Source: the human T2T-CHM13v2.0 reference genome, Homo sapiens. From it: a stretch of 64,000 nt of DNA. Where the stretch lies: NCBI RefSeq assembly GCF_009914755.1, contig NC_060938.1. The stretch is one strand, 5' to 3'. The notes under the pieces were generated by a model. It had not been told where the DNA came from. It saw nothing but the letters and a program-made list of their open reading frames with translations, and did not search any database. Within the stretch, counting starts at the first letter, position 1. Every line of letters starts with the position of its first letter. The translations under genes and the position numbers were made by a program. Positions 1 to 14,126 of this stretch are shown here, in pieces.

Positions 1-1374
1 TTAGCTATAACAGAGAAAGTTGAATAAGCAAGAAAAATAAAACAGTGAGGAGGTTGAAGCAACATCTATTGTCAACATTGTTTACTAAGGAGTTCACTAA
101 GGAGATGAAAGATATTCTACGAATGAAAGGGTCAAATATGTAGGAAGTTAAAATGTGGAAACTTTGAAATCAATGTATCTATTTCTAAATAAATATTAGA
201 CCTATACATTACAAAAGTTTTGTTTTACATTAAGATTATGTTTCTAATGTAGGACGTAGTGGAATTAGCATCCCAGTAGGAACTGAACTTATCTGTAGCC
301 CCTGAAAATATGTCAAAAATCAAGCCCAGAGAATTGTACTATGCAACAGCTTTTCAGGAGACACATTGTAGGTCGACTGTCTCTATGAGGCATATTATAT
401 GAAACTGTGTGTAAATTATACACCCCAAGGTCTAGCTGGCAAATCCAAATCATGCCAGTATATAATGCTGAGCAGGAGTGGACATCACTGCACATTTTGT
501 ACATGGGGTAAAAATAAAGATAAGCACAGAGAATTTCCTCTGTCTTGTATATGAGATCTTCGGTAACTAAGAATTCAGGTTAGAAATCAGTACTCATAAT
601 AAGTGCTCACATAATACCTTTTTATTTACTATGAGTGCTAGGCACTTGAAATAACTATCACTGCTCTCCTCCAGGTTTCTTGTAGAATAGGTCAAACACA
701 AGTTCAAAGAAGATGTAGAAGGAAATGTGATAGCATATATAGCTGGGAATATTATATCTTATACATATATATTATATATATATATATATATACGCACACA
801 CACATGGCTGGGGATTATGTATTTTATATATATTCTAACTCTGTTTAGCCCTCTCTAGCACAGTTATTAGTTTTTTTATGACACAGTTTATTTCTCACAG
901 TGGTCAAACCATTTTTAAGACTTCCAAAATGAAGATAGTTTTATCAGGAATAGCCAGTTTAATTTAATCTCCAATGCAAGTTCAGAGCACAATTCCAGTA
1001 AGTCTTTACTCAGAAAGATCACCAAATTTCAGTCTTTATGAAAACGAATTTACTATCTAAAAAGGTATTTGTGTCCTAAATCAAAATAATTTTTGTGGCC
1101 TTTTCTGGGGTAATTTTCCAGAATACCTACAGAGACCTTATAACTTTGACTACTTAGAATTGCGTTCCATTTTTAATGACCAAGCAATTCTTTTTTTTCT
1201 TTTTTTTTTTTTTGTATGTGAATGACCTTGTCCCTTCTACCTGTGAAAGGCAATTTCACTTCCACATCAGAAGATAAAGTTGCCATATTATTCTTCTTTC
1301 TTACCTCAGGAGGGCAGGGAGGTGGATGTGACTTAAACTTGACCATAATGATGCTCTTGGCCAGCATTTGGATA

Positions 1375-2960
<1,586 letters not shown>

Positions 2961-3201
2961 ATTTATATGCATACAGACAAATATTAAGACTGTGGGGTAT
3001 ATATATGTATATGCATATATATATTCACTTTCATATATATGTATACACACATACACACATGTGTATATAAATAACACTAATATATAATATATATGTACAC
3101 ACAACCCAATCTTAATAACCCAAAGTATAAAATATACCCATGAGCCTTTCCTGATATAGGTGATTGAAGAAATTCATACTTGAGGAAGAGACAAGTCTTG
3201 T

Positions 3202-4076
3202 AGGCAGAAGCAGAGGTCTTAATACTCTATTGCAGAGATAAGGAAATGAACTAAAAGAGGCTGAGAAACTGATTCAATCAGGTAACAACAGAGGCATGGC
3301 GAGGACCTTGGTCTCCAGACTCTTTGTTACAGCCCATCTACAGTAAAGTATGTGTTGGTAAACAGTGACCCAGGAACCTGCAGCGGTGACGCTCACACCT
3401 TTTGAAAGCTGCTGCCTTCTGCGAATAGGAGTGCCCACTCCGCATCTACGTATTCTCTTCCTTCGCAGTCAGGATTGTTTTTAAATGTTTCTCCAGCTAT
3501 TCTTCATTTTGAGTCTGTGGTTCCAGCCAGATGGAGCACTCTACTTTGTGGTGATTTCATTGTCCCTGAGTTGTCAAATAAAGGAAGATTTTCTATGCAG
3601 TAGAAGCTGTGATGGACCTTCCAGGCCACATCCCTTCAGGAATGAAATACTTGCTACCCCAGAAACTGGAATTGTCATGAGCAGACTTCCTTCATCTCTT
3701 AGACCCTTTCATAGTGACCTCAGCTAAACAGAACTTCTTAGTCAAAGTCGTTCCACCTTTCCAGGCCAATGGCATTCGAGGATTATTCAATCAAGGCTTA
3801 TAAAGGCCTGGCCTTCTCCTTAGGACATCTATGAATGATTATCTGTCTTCAGAGACTCCTCTAGTGTTTGCTGAGACTGCCATTGAGAGAGCATTGAAGC
3901 TTGACTTCTCCCACTGCCCATGTTCTGCCTTCTCTTCTCTAGTTATTGCTCTCAAAAGTCTCCCTAATAAACTTCTTACACTTTAATCTCTGCCTGAGTT
4001 TGCCCTCCTTGGGACCCAACCTATTTCGGTACAGTGAAAAGCAATGGGTAGTGAGTGAAAGCAGATGATCCATACA
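3202..4076 (+). repeat. Left arm of local inverted duplication (875 bp; MIR piece + unique sequence + ERVL LTR)
   Basis: Reverse complement aligns throughout to 7105-7950; carries 32 extra nt (3322-3353) absent from the right arm. Confidence 0.97.
3600..4025 (+). mobile_element. ERVL-class LTR (LTR33-like) inside the left arm
   Basis: 3' end 'tccctaataaacttcttacactttaatctctgcctgagtttgccctccttgggacccaacct' resembles the LTR33-group terminus; mirror copy at ~7156-7580. Confidence 0.6.
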
Positions 4077-4290
4077 CATATTTTGTTAGTTTCACAACAA
4101 AGTATTTTTATGCTATGTAAATGGTATTATGATTTAATTATGAATTTTAGTTGTTCATTGTTGGTATAAAAAAAAAAGCAATTGACCTGGCTGTGATCAC
4201 TAATTCCAACTGATTTTTGTCAATTCCTTGGAATTATCTATATAGACAATCACAATATCTGTGATGAAGGTAGTCTTTTAATTGGTCTAT
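4077..4290 (-). mobile_element. Continuation of the old antisense L1M after the left arm
   Basis: 'tgctatgtaaatggtatt...gttgttcattgttggtata...ttccttggaattatctatatagacaatcacaatatctgtga' is L1M ORF2 antisense. Confidence 0.7.
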
Positions 4291-4339
4291 TGAGACCATG
4301 CACATGTTGTATAGATTGATTGACAGTCATGTTTTAAGG

Positions 4340-4645
4340 CAGGACACAGGAAATGTAAATACTCTGTTATAAGATACTTGCATTACCTGTGAAGTGGTAT
4401 AGTGTTATTTGAAAGTAGATTTTAATTAGCTGTAAATATATATTGCAAACTACACAACCATTAAAATTTTTATAAATTATTATTGACCTGCTAAGAATAT
4501 GGACTCATATAAAATGATTGGTTAAACTCAGAAAAGACAAAACAAAGGAGAAGATAAGAAATAAAGAACTAGTGAAATGAATAGAAAACAGTATGAACAT
4601 GGCAGATATTAATCCAACTACATATAAATATTCGCTTCTAATTCC
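4340..4645 (+). mobile_element. L1M fragment (region upstream of ORF2)
   Basis: 'gtgaagtggtatagtgttatttgaaagtag...atatattgcaaac...aacatggcagatattaatccaact'. Confidence 0.7.
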
Positions 4646-7104
4646 ATTAAGTTGCTTTTGAGCAGGTCGTATGTGCTGAAGATATTTGCTTCTTTGGTGA
4701 AAGCTTGTGTCCCTATTTACACTTTTGCTTTAAATAACTTTGTTTCGTGCATGTGTGTTTTTTCTTCTTTCTAATATGTTCTTCACAATGCTAGTTGTGG
4801 CTGTGTGATGCTGGGATTCTCTATCTTTTTAACATGCACATTCAGGCTGCATTTTTTCTCTAGTACTGCATTTTTCAAAGGAACTGAGATTTTTCTGCTA
4901 TAGAGTTTCACTCATGATCTATCGTTTTGTTACTGAAATGATTTCCATATTATGTTCTCTTATTCTTTCTCTTATCCACACAATGTTCTGTCTTTTTTTC
5001 CCCCTCAGCTTCTTGCAATGCACCAGGCAGACAATGGGGGAATTTTTCTCAGTTATTGTACAGAAAATATATATCTATCCCTAGCCAGTAGTTGCAACAT
5101 AATAAAAAAGCTTAACATTTATGCTCCCTAGTTCCAGCCTGTGTAATTATGCAAAATCAGGCTTTCTTGAGGATGGAGTCTGGATTAAGCTCAAGATTAT
5201 ACTTCCCACTCCTGAAACTGACATGGTGAACAATTTTTGATTATCAGCTCCTGTGGTGTACTCAATATTTCTAACTGAAGATTAGTCTGTTTTTTATTTA
5301 AGGGACAAAGGCTTTGCTCAAACTAATGGATACACCGAGGTCAGTACTGACAGAGAATTCTCTTCCTTTCATTTTCTAAGAGAAGAAATAAGATTATCAG
5401 CAATATATTTGCAGCGACTGCTCATACTCTACAAATGTCCCCATATTTCTAGCCATCATTTTCTTATCTATAGCAGAGATAGGACATACAGAAAGAGAAT
5501 TTTTTGCTCTCTCTAAATTTAGCATCGCCTTTGACCTGAAGTCACAGAAATGCCAACTTAGGCCTGTATGAAGTAACATCTCTACTGTGTTGATTAAAGA
5601 TACTGACCGACATTTTCAGCAGATCAAAGTAAGAAATTTATTGTCTGTTTTAGCAGCTTCCTTGGCCAAAACCCTCCCTGCAAAATGAAGCTACATTTAT
5701 CTACTTTATCTCTAACTCTAAATGTATCTGGTCCTTATATTACAATACATTGGATTTCTGGCACTGTTAGTTGAATGTAACTATACTGTTTTGACTATTG
5801 ATGTATTTTGTATTTGAGCTACAACTTTAGAGATTTTTTTCTTCTCCATACGTAGTTCTCTCAGGCATGTACTTGTATTTTACCCTCTTTTTTTGGCACT
5901 GTAAGCTTATGTTGGTCCCAGGTATGCAGTAAACCACACATATTGCAACATTACTTATTTTTTCAAATGACACTGTGCCTGAAATTTTACCAATAAAGAT
6001 GAAAGGCATTTTTTCAGGTACCAGTTTCTAATCAATCCCATGTAAAATAGCTGTCTGGTTAAAAGCAGAAATGGATGAAGCTTGTACCAGTCATTTACAT
6101 TTTGTTATGAAATATTACCCCCTTAATGTGACTAAATTAACTATAAACAATGGACTGAAGAGAAAAGAACTCCAAACAGTTAACCTGACTATAGGAATAC
6201 TCCCTGGGAGGGGCAAAGCCAGCTATCCAAATCGTAGAATGACCAGGACTAAATCTAGGTAGGTCTGAGCTGGTAGGTACACGTAATGTGATAGTTTGTA
6301 TTCAAAGATGAGACTCAGAATCAGATCCATGGTTTAAAATAGTCTTCATAATTTCAATGAATCTATAAAAAGCTAACTAATATTATATACTAATACAATT
6401 CAATGGGGTGAGAAAGAGCAGAAATCATCTCCCTAGTGAAGAGTACTTCTGGGTATGGTTATCATGGCTCCTGACAGCTAAACCAGAATGAGTAAAGCTT
6501 CTTTTCTGGAGGGAGAAGGAGATATGCATCATAGAAACAAAAGAGAAAATCAGGAACATGGGCGCTGGAGACAGAGTAAGAAGAAAGTATGAAAGGGAAT
6601 AGGTTACCCAGACTCATTGTATGTACATCCCTTCCCCAGTCTAACCCCAAATCAAGACTAGAGTAACCAATACAACACCAGGTTTGTTCTTAAAGATTTT
6701 TTAACTGGAAGGGACGGAGTCTGCGCTGGTCTCCAGGGCTGGTGGCTAAGCGCAATTAAGAAAGCCAAAGACCATGGTTGGCAGAGACCCAGGTGGGAGC
6801 ACAATGTGAATGGAAATAAAAATTAAGAGACAACTGTTCAAACTGGGCAGACTTGGAGAATACCAGGGAAAGGAAAATAAAATATAGAGGATCCTACTGC
6901 CCCATTCTCTGGCCCAAATAAAACATGAGACCTGTATATTTTTCAGTTTTGCTAATGATTGGTCTTGCTCATAGTGCAGAACAGAACAAACATTTATAGT
7001 TTTTCTGAACCATAGAAAATTAGCACTCATATGATATAATGAGTATATTAATGAATAAGAAAATGTAGACTCAGAGAAATCAAGTGAATTGCAGCAGATC
7101 CTCA

Positions 7105-7950
7105 TGTATGAATCATCTGCTTTCAATCACTGCCCATTGCTTTTCACTGTACTGAAATAGGTTGGGTCCCAAGGAGAGCAAACTCGGGCAGAGATTAAAG
7201 TGTAAGAAATTTATTAGGGAGACTCTTGAGAGCAATAACTAGGGAAGGGAAGGCAGAACAGTGGGCAGTGGGAGAAGTCAAGCTTCAATGCTCTCTCAAT
7301 GGCAGTCTCAGCAAACACTAGAGGAGTCTCTGAAGACAGATAATCATTCATAGATGTCCTAAGGAGAAGGCCAGGCCTTTATAAGCCTTGATTGAATAAT
7401 CCTCGAATGCCATTGGCCTGGAATGGTGGAACAACTTTGACTAAGAAGTTCTGTTTAGCTGAGGTCACTATGAAAGGGTCTAAGAGATGAAGGAAGTCTG
7501 CTCATGACAATTCCAGTTTCTGGGGTAGCAGGTATTTCATTCCTGAAGAGATGTGGCCTGGAAGGTCCATCACAGCTTCCACTGCATAGAAAATCTTCCT
7601 TTATTTGACAACTCAGGGACAATGAAATCACCACAAAGGTAGAGTGCTCCATCTGGCTGGAACCACAGACTCAAAATGAAGAATAGCTGGAGAAACATTT
7701 AAAAAACAATTCTGACTTTGAAGGAAGAGAATGTGTAGATGCGGAGTGGGCACTCCTATTCACAGAAGGCAGCAGCTTTCAGAAGGTGTGAGCGTCACTG
7801 CTGCAGGTTCCTGGGTCACCATTTACCAACAGTCTGGAGACCAAGGTCCTCACCATGCCTCTGTCGTTACCTGATTGAATCATTTTCTCAGCCTCTTTTA
7901 GTTCATTTCCTCATCTCTACAATACAGTATTCAGATCTCTGCCTCTGCCT
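7105..7950 (-). repeat. Right arm of local inverted duplication (846 bp)
   Basis: Reverse-complement match to 3202-4076; identical over the 162 nt corresponding to 3759-3920. Confidence 0.97.
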
Positions 7951-8020
7951 CATAGAAACTATGAGGATAAAATAAACGCTTATATAAAAATGCTTTGTAA
8001 CCTGAAAAAGGTTGCATTAA
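7830..8020 (+). mobile_element. MIR, continuous across the outer edge of the right arm
   Basis: 'ttcatttcctcatctctacaata...gcctcatagaaactatgaggataaaataa...tataaaaatgctttgtaacctg' follows the MIR core and 3' consensus. Confidence 0.6.
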
Positions 8021-8514
8021 TGTGTTCATGAAACCCTTTGGGATAATACAGTGTGGATCAATTAAAAGCTCACAATGAGAGCTTACTTTGGATTTTCGTT
8101 TTACTGTTTTGTTTGTATTAACTTGATAGATTTTTTACTTATCAATAATCAAAGTAGGGATAGTTTCTAAAATGGGGTTTAAAAATATTTAGTTATTCGT
8201 AGCAGTACATAAGTCTCTCTTATCCACTCCATCTGAAAACATAAAAATAACTAAAATATGATCTTTTGTTTTGCCTATCTCTCTCCTACAGAACAGCTTC
8301 TGTTTGCCCTTACAAAAGGAGCATATACTTCCAACTTTATTAGATCGTTAATTTTAAGCCTGAGCGAAGTTATTGTGCCCTGATAAAACCTTCTATTGTC
8401 ATAAATACCAGAAAAGTAGAAGTTGGATTTATGGATCTAACTCTTAATTTTGCGACCTCCAAAAAACTTTGAACTTCTTTTGATCCAATTTGAGTTTTTC
8501 CAAAATGGGAATTT

Positions 8515-8596
8515 ACACGCACACACACAAACACACACACATATATATGTGTATATATGTGTGTATATATATAAATATATATATATACACACACAC
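8515..8596. repeat. (CA)n/(TA)n compound microsatellite
   Basis: Direct inspection. Confidence 0.9.
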
Positions 8597-8826
8597 GGAT
8601 GAAATATAATTAGTAGTGAAAACTATGAAAAATAAAAATAGGTCTTTTCTCTAATGTTGACCATAATAATAATAATAGGGTACTTGTGAAAATGTCTCTC
8701 ACAGAAATCAGAAGTTAAATTTGCTCTCTGTAGTCAAAGGGCAGATGAGACATTATTTCTGGATATGCTTTTTCAAGCAGCAGCTATCACTCAACCCAAT
8801 GTTTTCAAATCCTGCCTAACAATACC

Positions 8827-9175
<349 letters not shown>

Positions 9176-9594
9176 TAGGACTTAGGATGTTTAAATTCAC
9201 AGATAAAGCAAAACTGTTTAATGCTGATAGTAGCCAATTATTTACTCTCTGAAAGAACAAGAAATAAGGCAGATGAGTTTTTATTGAAAGAAAGTGGGAT
9301 GGTCAAATTTGGGGCCGTTACCTTGAGCAGTTGTGCCTGAAAAGGGATTGAGGTAATTTTTTTTTTGAGTACAGTCATGTATTTATTGCTAAAAGATGAC
9401 TATCAACCTCACACAAAAGGTATTGTTTGGGGCCCAATTTGGAAATACATGCTATTGTTGTAAAGGTACATTTTCATCTAAACAACAAGATATATATGTT
9501 AGTTTTGTCACAACCATTACACCTTTCCTATTTGCTTGCATAGTTCCTCTGCTCTCAGGAGACTTACACTCCAGCTGAGGAAATCATGTTTATA

Positions 9595-9664
9595 TTTTCT
9601 TTTTTTTTTTATTATACTTTAAGTTTTAGGGTACATGTGCACAACGTGCAGGTTTGTTACATAT
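9595..9664 (-). mobile_element. Very short L1PA 3' stub
   Basis: PolyT followed by 'attatactttaagttttagggtacatgtgcacaacgtgcaggtttgttacatat', the canonical young L1PA terminus. Confidence 0.92.
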
Positions 9665-9707
9665 AATTTTGAAACAAATCCTGAAGACTTGCCTCAAGCA
9701 ATAGACC

Positions 9708-9742
9708 TTTCTTTCTTCCTTCCTTCCTTCCTTCCTTCCTTC

Positions 9743-9781
<39 letters not shown>

Positions 9782-9840
9782 TTCTTTCTTTCTGTCTTTC
9801 TTTCTTTCTTTCTGTCTTTCTTTCTTTCTTTCTTTCTTTC
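9708..9840. repeat. (TTCC)n(TTTC)n microsatellite
   Basis: Direct inspection; ~130-nt near-pure pyrimidine tract. Confidence 0.95.
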
Positions 9841-10939
9841 AGATTGGTACTCCCTGTTTTGAGTAGATGGACATTTTAAACGTTTCTTTTTTTTCTAAAA
9901 ACTTGGCCAGGTTAGGCAGGCAAGCAAGTGATCAAATTACAAAATCTGCATATTTCTGACATCTTCATATGCTCTTGTCATACTTTTAAAATCAGCAATA
10001 AACCATGAAGGCTATATAAAGTGACTTTATAATTGTTGTGAGTTACACTGACCTTTTATCTGATCTATAAACTGCTCTGCATAATCAATCAGGCCTCCTA
10101 TCTACCCACCTCCAAATCAGCGATTGCACCATAGCAATCCTGATGGATGAACGAGAATTGAGAACTTTGTTCTGGGAAGGACAAAACGACAAGTTGCTGC
10201 AGTGTCCAGAGATCCTGATGTGGACTCAGCTATTGATAATAATTAGGGTAATTTCTCACTGATTAACCTGAGAGTTCCTCTGGGCAGAAGATGTGTTTTA
10301 TTTGTACTTACATTCTGAGTGTGTTAATTAGCCTCTGTCAGGATGCATGTCTTAAAATCATCCAGTTTCTTTGGTTAAAGGAACAGACAGTATCAGGACA
10401 GGTGGAGAAGTAAAAGATTAGGAAGAACTGTGTGTCCTGAACTCATGGAACACTTTCCCTGGATTTCATCTCAGGATACAAACTCGTTCTTATGCTGCGT
10501 CATACATGACCCAGTTCCCCACTCCTTCCCTGCTTCTCTCTCTGCCATGTTTCCTTCCTATCGCAATTAACTCTTATTCCTTTTCTTTTTTTTCCACCCT
10601 CATGGTTTTTTCTTTCTCTTGGCTTCATTACTTTTTCACTTACTTCCTCCCATTCCTTGCTTCAACGTACTGCTTTCTCCTTGTGTAGCTCTACATAGAG
10701 GGCCCCACTTTTTTTGTATCTATGTTCAGCCTTCTGAAAAATGAGGATGTGATCGGTCATCATCTCCTTCCGAAATAAAGCATCCTTTTTGGGAAGGGCA
10801 TTCATTTTAGGCTAACCATGGGCTCCCCTGAACATATACAGTAGATTCTTATTGTGGCACCAGGTATATTACCTCTGGTTCCAGTATCTGCTGCCAGGAT
10901 GGTAAGGTCACATGTTTCAAAGTATGTTTGCTTCCTTCA

Positions 10940-11986
10940 GAAGGCTGTTGGGGTATTTCAAAGACAAGAAAAGCCAGGTATTAAAGTGGTGAGAACAGAC
11001 TTTATTCAGTGAAATATTTGAACTCCATTCCAATTTTCACGGAGGTGATAGGGCATTTGAAAGGGAGAAAAGAGGATTGGGAAGAGAGAAGCAGGAGCTG
11101 AATTAGCTTTAAAAAAGTGAACATGCACAAAGGGCTATTCAGTGTAAGCGTGGTTAGGCCAACCATGTCTGTTAGCTGGTAATCCTGTCTTCTCACAGAT
11201 GCTGGAAGACAGAGACCCCATCTTTCCTTATGATTACACTTAAAATAGTTTTTCAAGTCCTTGAGAAAGACACTCCTGAGGGGTAGGAGATATATAGACA
11301 TCTGAACGAGATGGGGGAAGAGTTCATAATTGTAAGACCTTTATAGTAAGTGCTCTGAGCAAGGGAAATAAGGGGCCTATCATCAGGTGTTGGCTGGAAC
11401 AAACAGAAAAGTTTTTTTGACAGCCTTGAGGTTTTTTGTTGTTCTGTCGTTTGTTTGTTTGTTTGTTTGTTTTAGACAGGAGCTCTGACAGCATTAGGAT
11501 ATTTGGATCATGGGAAAAATCCCTCATGGCTTGGTGCTGTCTTTGCAATAGTGAATGAGTTCTATAGAGATGTAGTCATTTAAAAGTGTGTGGCATCTCC
11601 TCCTCTTCTTCCTTCTCTCTCTCTTTCTCTTTCTCTCTCTCTCTCTCATGCTCACTTGCTCCTACTTTTGCCATGTGACGCGTCTGTTCCCCCTTTAGCT
11701 TCCACCATGATTATAAGCTTCCTAAGACTTCCCTAGAAGCCAAGCAGATGCCAGCTCCATACTCCTATAAAGTATGTAGAATCATGAGCCAATTAAACCT
11801 CTTTTCTTTAAAAATTACCTAGTCTCAGTTACTTTATAGCAATGAAAGAATGGTCTAGTACAAACTCAAAAGAAGGCTGGGTGGATAGCCTTTGGCTACT
11901 AGAAACCATGTTAAAGTTTGGTCAAGTCTCTTGGTGCAGGAGTTGGATGAAGTCATTATGTGCCTAGAGTTATTTTGTAATTCTCA
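10940..11986 (-). mobile_element. ERV1-class solo LTR (MER4-group-like; subfamily uncertain) split by MSTA
   Basis: Antisense polyA signal 'gactttattcag'; 'caagtccttgagaaagacactcctg'; resumes after 11867 with 'ctagaaaccatgttaaagtttggtcaagtctcttggtgcagg' and ends 'ttctca'. Confidence 0.6.
11486..11862 (+). mobile_element. MSTA (MaLR) solo LTR with a 5' internal deletion
   Basis: TG...CA ends, 'ccctcatggcttggtgctgtc', 'gagccaattaaacctcttttcttta'; 5-bp TSD agctc/aactc. Confidence 0.88.
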
Positions 11987-12299
11987 GGTGTGCAGTCTCT
12001 CCAATATTTCTCACAAGATTTAGAGTCACATACGTTTAATTCAGCATCTAGGACAGTACTTGTTGAAGGAATGTATGTAGATATGAATGCAGGAATAAGT
12101 ATGGTTGCAATAGTTATGCTTTGTTTTAAAAAATTGACCAAAGTGCCTAGCAAATTATTAGTTACTTTGGCAATGACCACTGTTATTTATCCTCTATGTG
12201 AAAAACACTTTTCCTCAGTAAAGTTACAGAAATGAGGGTACCATGTTGGATTATAATTGGGACAGTTGAGTTCTCATTTTTCTTCTGCTTAGGAATACC

Positions 12300-12485
12300 C
12301 AGCTAGCTGGGTAGGTTGTGTCACAGGCAAGAATACAAATGCACCCCTGCACTGGGAGGTGTGCTTGATGACTGGTGTGTATACTAGGTTTCAGCTCCAC
12401 CCATCCTTTTGCCTGTAACTCTTAGGAAGCAGGATGCCTTTTCCTAATTCATTCAAAGGTGGCATATTGGCTAGCAGTGGGCCTG
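12300..12485 (-). mobile_element. hAT-Tip100 MITE (MER91-like)
   Basis: 'ggatgccttttcctaattcattcaaaggtggcatattggctagcagtgggcctg' resembles the reverse complement of the MER91A start. Confidence 0.5.
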
Positions 12486-12793
12486 GTTCTGCTGATACAT
12501 ATCTTTTACAACCTTGTGGAACTCACTTCAGTCATAGTGGACTTTAATTCTCAACTGTAAATAATAAAATCTAGCTCTACAAATATGAAAATAATTTTAA
12601 GACTTTGTAATGAAACAGAAGTGTGTACAAGTAAGTAGACTTAGTTCATCATAACCTTGTAGATTTCTATACTAATGTAAAAATAAAGCAATAAAAACAG
12701 CTTCTACCATGTATTTCTAGATGTAAAATGCAAAATATATATGACATTTATTTACTCCATCATGTATTTTCCAAACATTTCTGTTCATTTTTA

Positions 12794-13228
12794 ACTCACA
12801 TATATGTGAAATCTCAAAACGTCTAACTCATAGAAACAGATTAGTAGGGCAATTTCCAGGGGTCACAGGGTGGGGAAAATGGGGAGATATTGATTAAACG
12901 GTACAAACTTGCAATTCTAAGGTAAGTAAGTTCTAGAGATCTGATGTTCACCATGGTGACTACAGTTAATAATGTATACTTGAAATAGCTAGTAGACCTT
13001 AAGTATTTTTAACACACACACACAAAGAAAACTATGTAAGGAGACGGCTATGTTAATTGCTTGATTGTGATAATCCACTTGATACAGTGAACCTTTATCA
13101 AAGCATTGTGTTGTACACCTTGAATACATATATGTGTTTATATATGTATATGTGAGTGTGTGTGTGTGTGTGTATGTATATATATCTTTTTTGTCAATTA
13201 TACATCAAAGCTTAAAAATAAAGAAAAC
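12794..13228 (+). mobile_element. L1MA (L1MA9-like) 3' end
   Basis: 'ggggaaaatggggagatattgattaaacggtacaaacttgcaatt...taagttctagagatctgatg...catggtgactacagttaataatg...ttgtacaccttgaatacata' plus an A-rich end. Confidence 0.88.
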
Positions 13229-14126
13229 ATTGCTGGCAATGATTGGTAGTTGCGCTAGAAATGTTTATTAAAATTTAATCGAAGGATATTAAAAAATATA
13301 TAGGATACACTGAAGGAAACATTCCAGGTTTAGCATAATGGAAGTTTATATGTAACACAAAGTATTATAATTTGTGATTTAATGTTACATTTAAAGAGGC
13401 CTGCATTGTGTCATAATAACTCATATACTACCATTTTCGTAAGAGTTAATTACAGGTTCCTGTATCATTATCATTATCAACTATCAGCCAGATAGTGGCT
13501 TGAGTAGGTGACACTTCAGCCTTCTTAGGCTCTGAATGTTCTCCATAATCCTGCCTCTTCACCCTTCCTCGGCTCACCCAAACTTCCTTTGCCTCCAATA
13601 ACTTTCTTTGAGTTCATCTAGTGTGGCATATTCCTTCTCATTGTGAAGATTTTGCACATTATTCCCACAGTGTATGCTCTTTTCCCTGTTTAGTCACAAT
13701 TTGTAGGTGTACATCTCTTTTTTTAAAAAAAAAGATCTCTACTGTCTTGCACAATTAGATTGGAAGTTTCATGAGAGACTCTATTGCTTCCAGTAAGTAT
13801 TATTCAAAGATAAATTTTGAAGAAGTGAATGAAAACATGAATAAGCTAATACATTCTTCTTTTCATGTACAAAAAATACAATTTTGAAGCTTTGCGGATC
13901 AGATTTTCTTTCCACAATGCAATTTGTTTATCCACAGAAGTTTAGTTTCAGTCTTTGTTCTGATTTTAGAAACATTTTAGAATAAAATGGAAGAGCTGTT
14001 TAAAGGCTATTTATGTACAACTGTATGTATAACTAAAAGTAAAAATATACAGGAAATGGAAAAGTTGAGATGGATTGTCTGTGAACTCTGTATGAATTTC
14101 AAGTATAAATGTGAATAGCCCACTAT

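Noticed and set aside
3485-3727. 80-aa ORF nearly identical to the 65-aa ORF at 7455-7652 (minus), suggesting a duplicated small gene
   Set aside because: The similarity follows from the inverted duplication; a 1-nt indel changes the N-terminal frame between copies and much of the ORF is LTR-derived.
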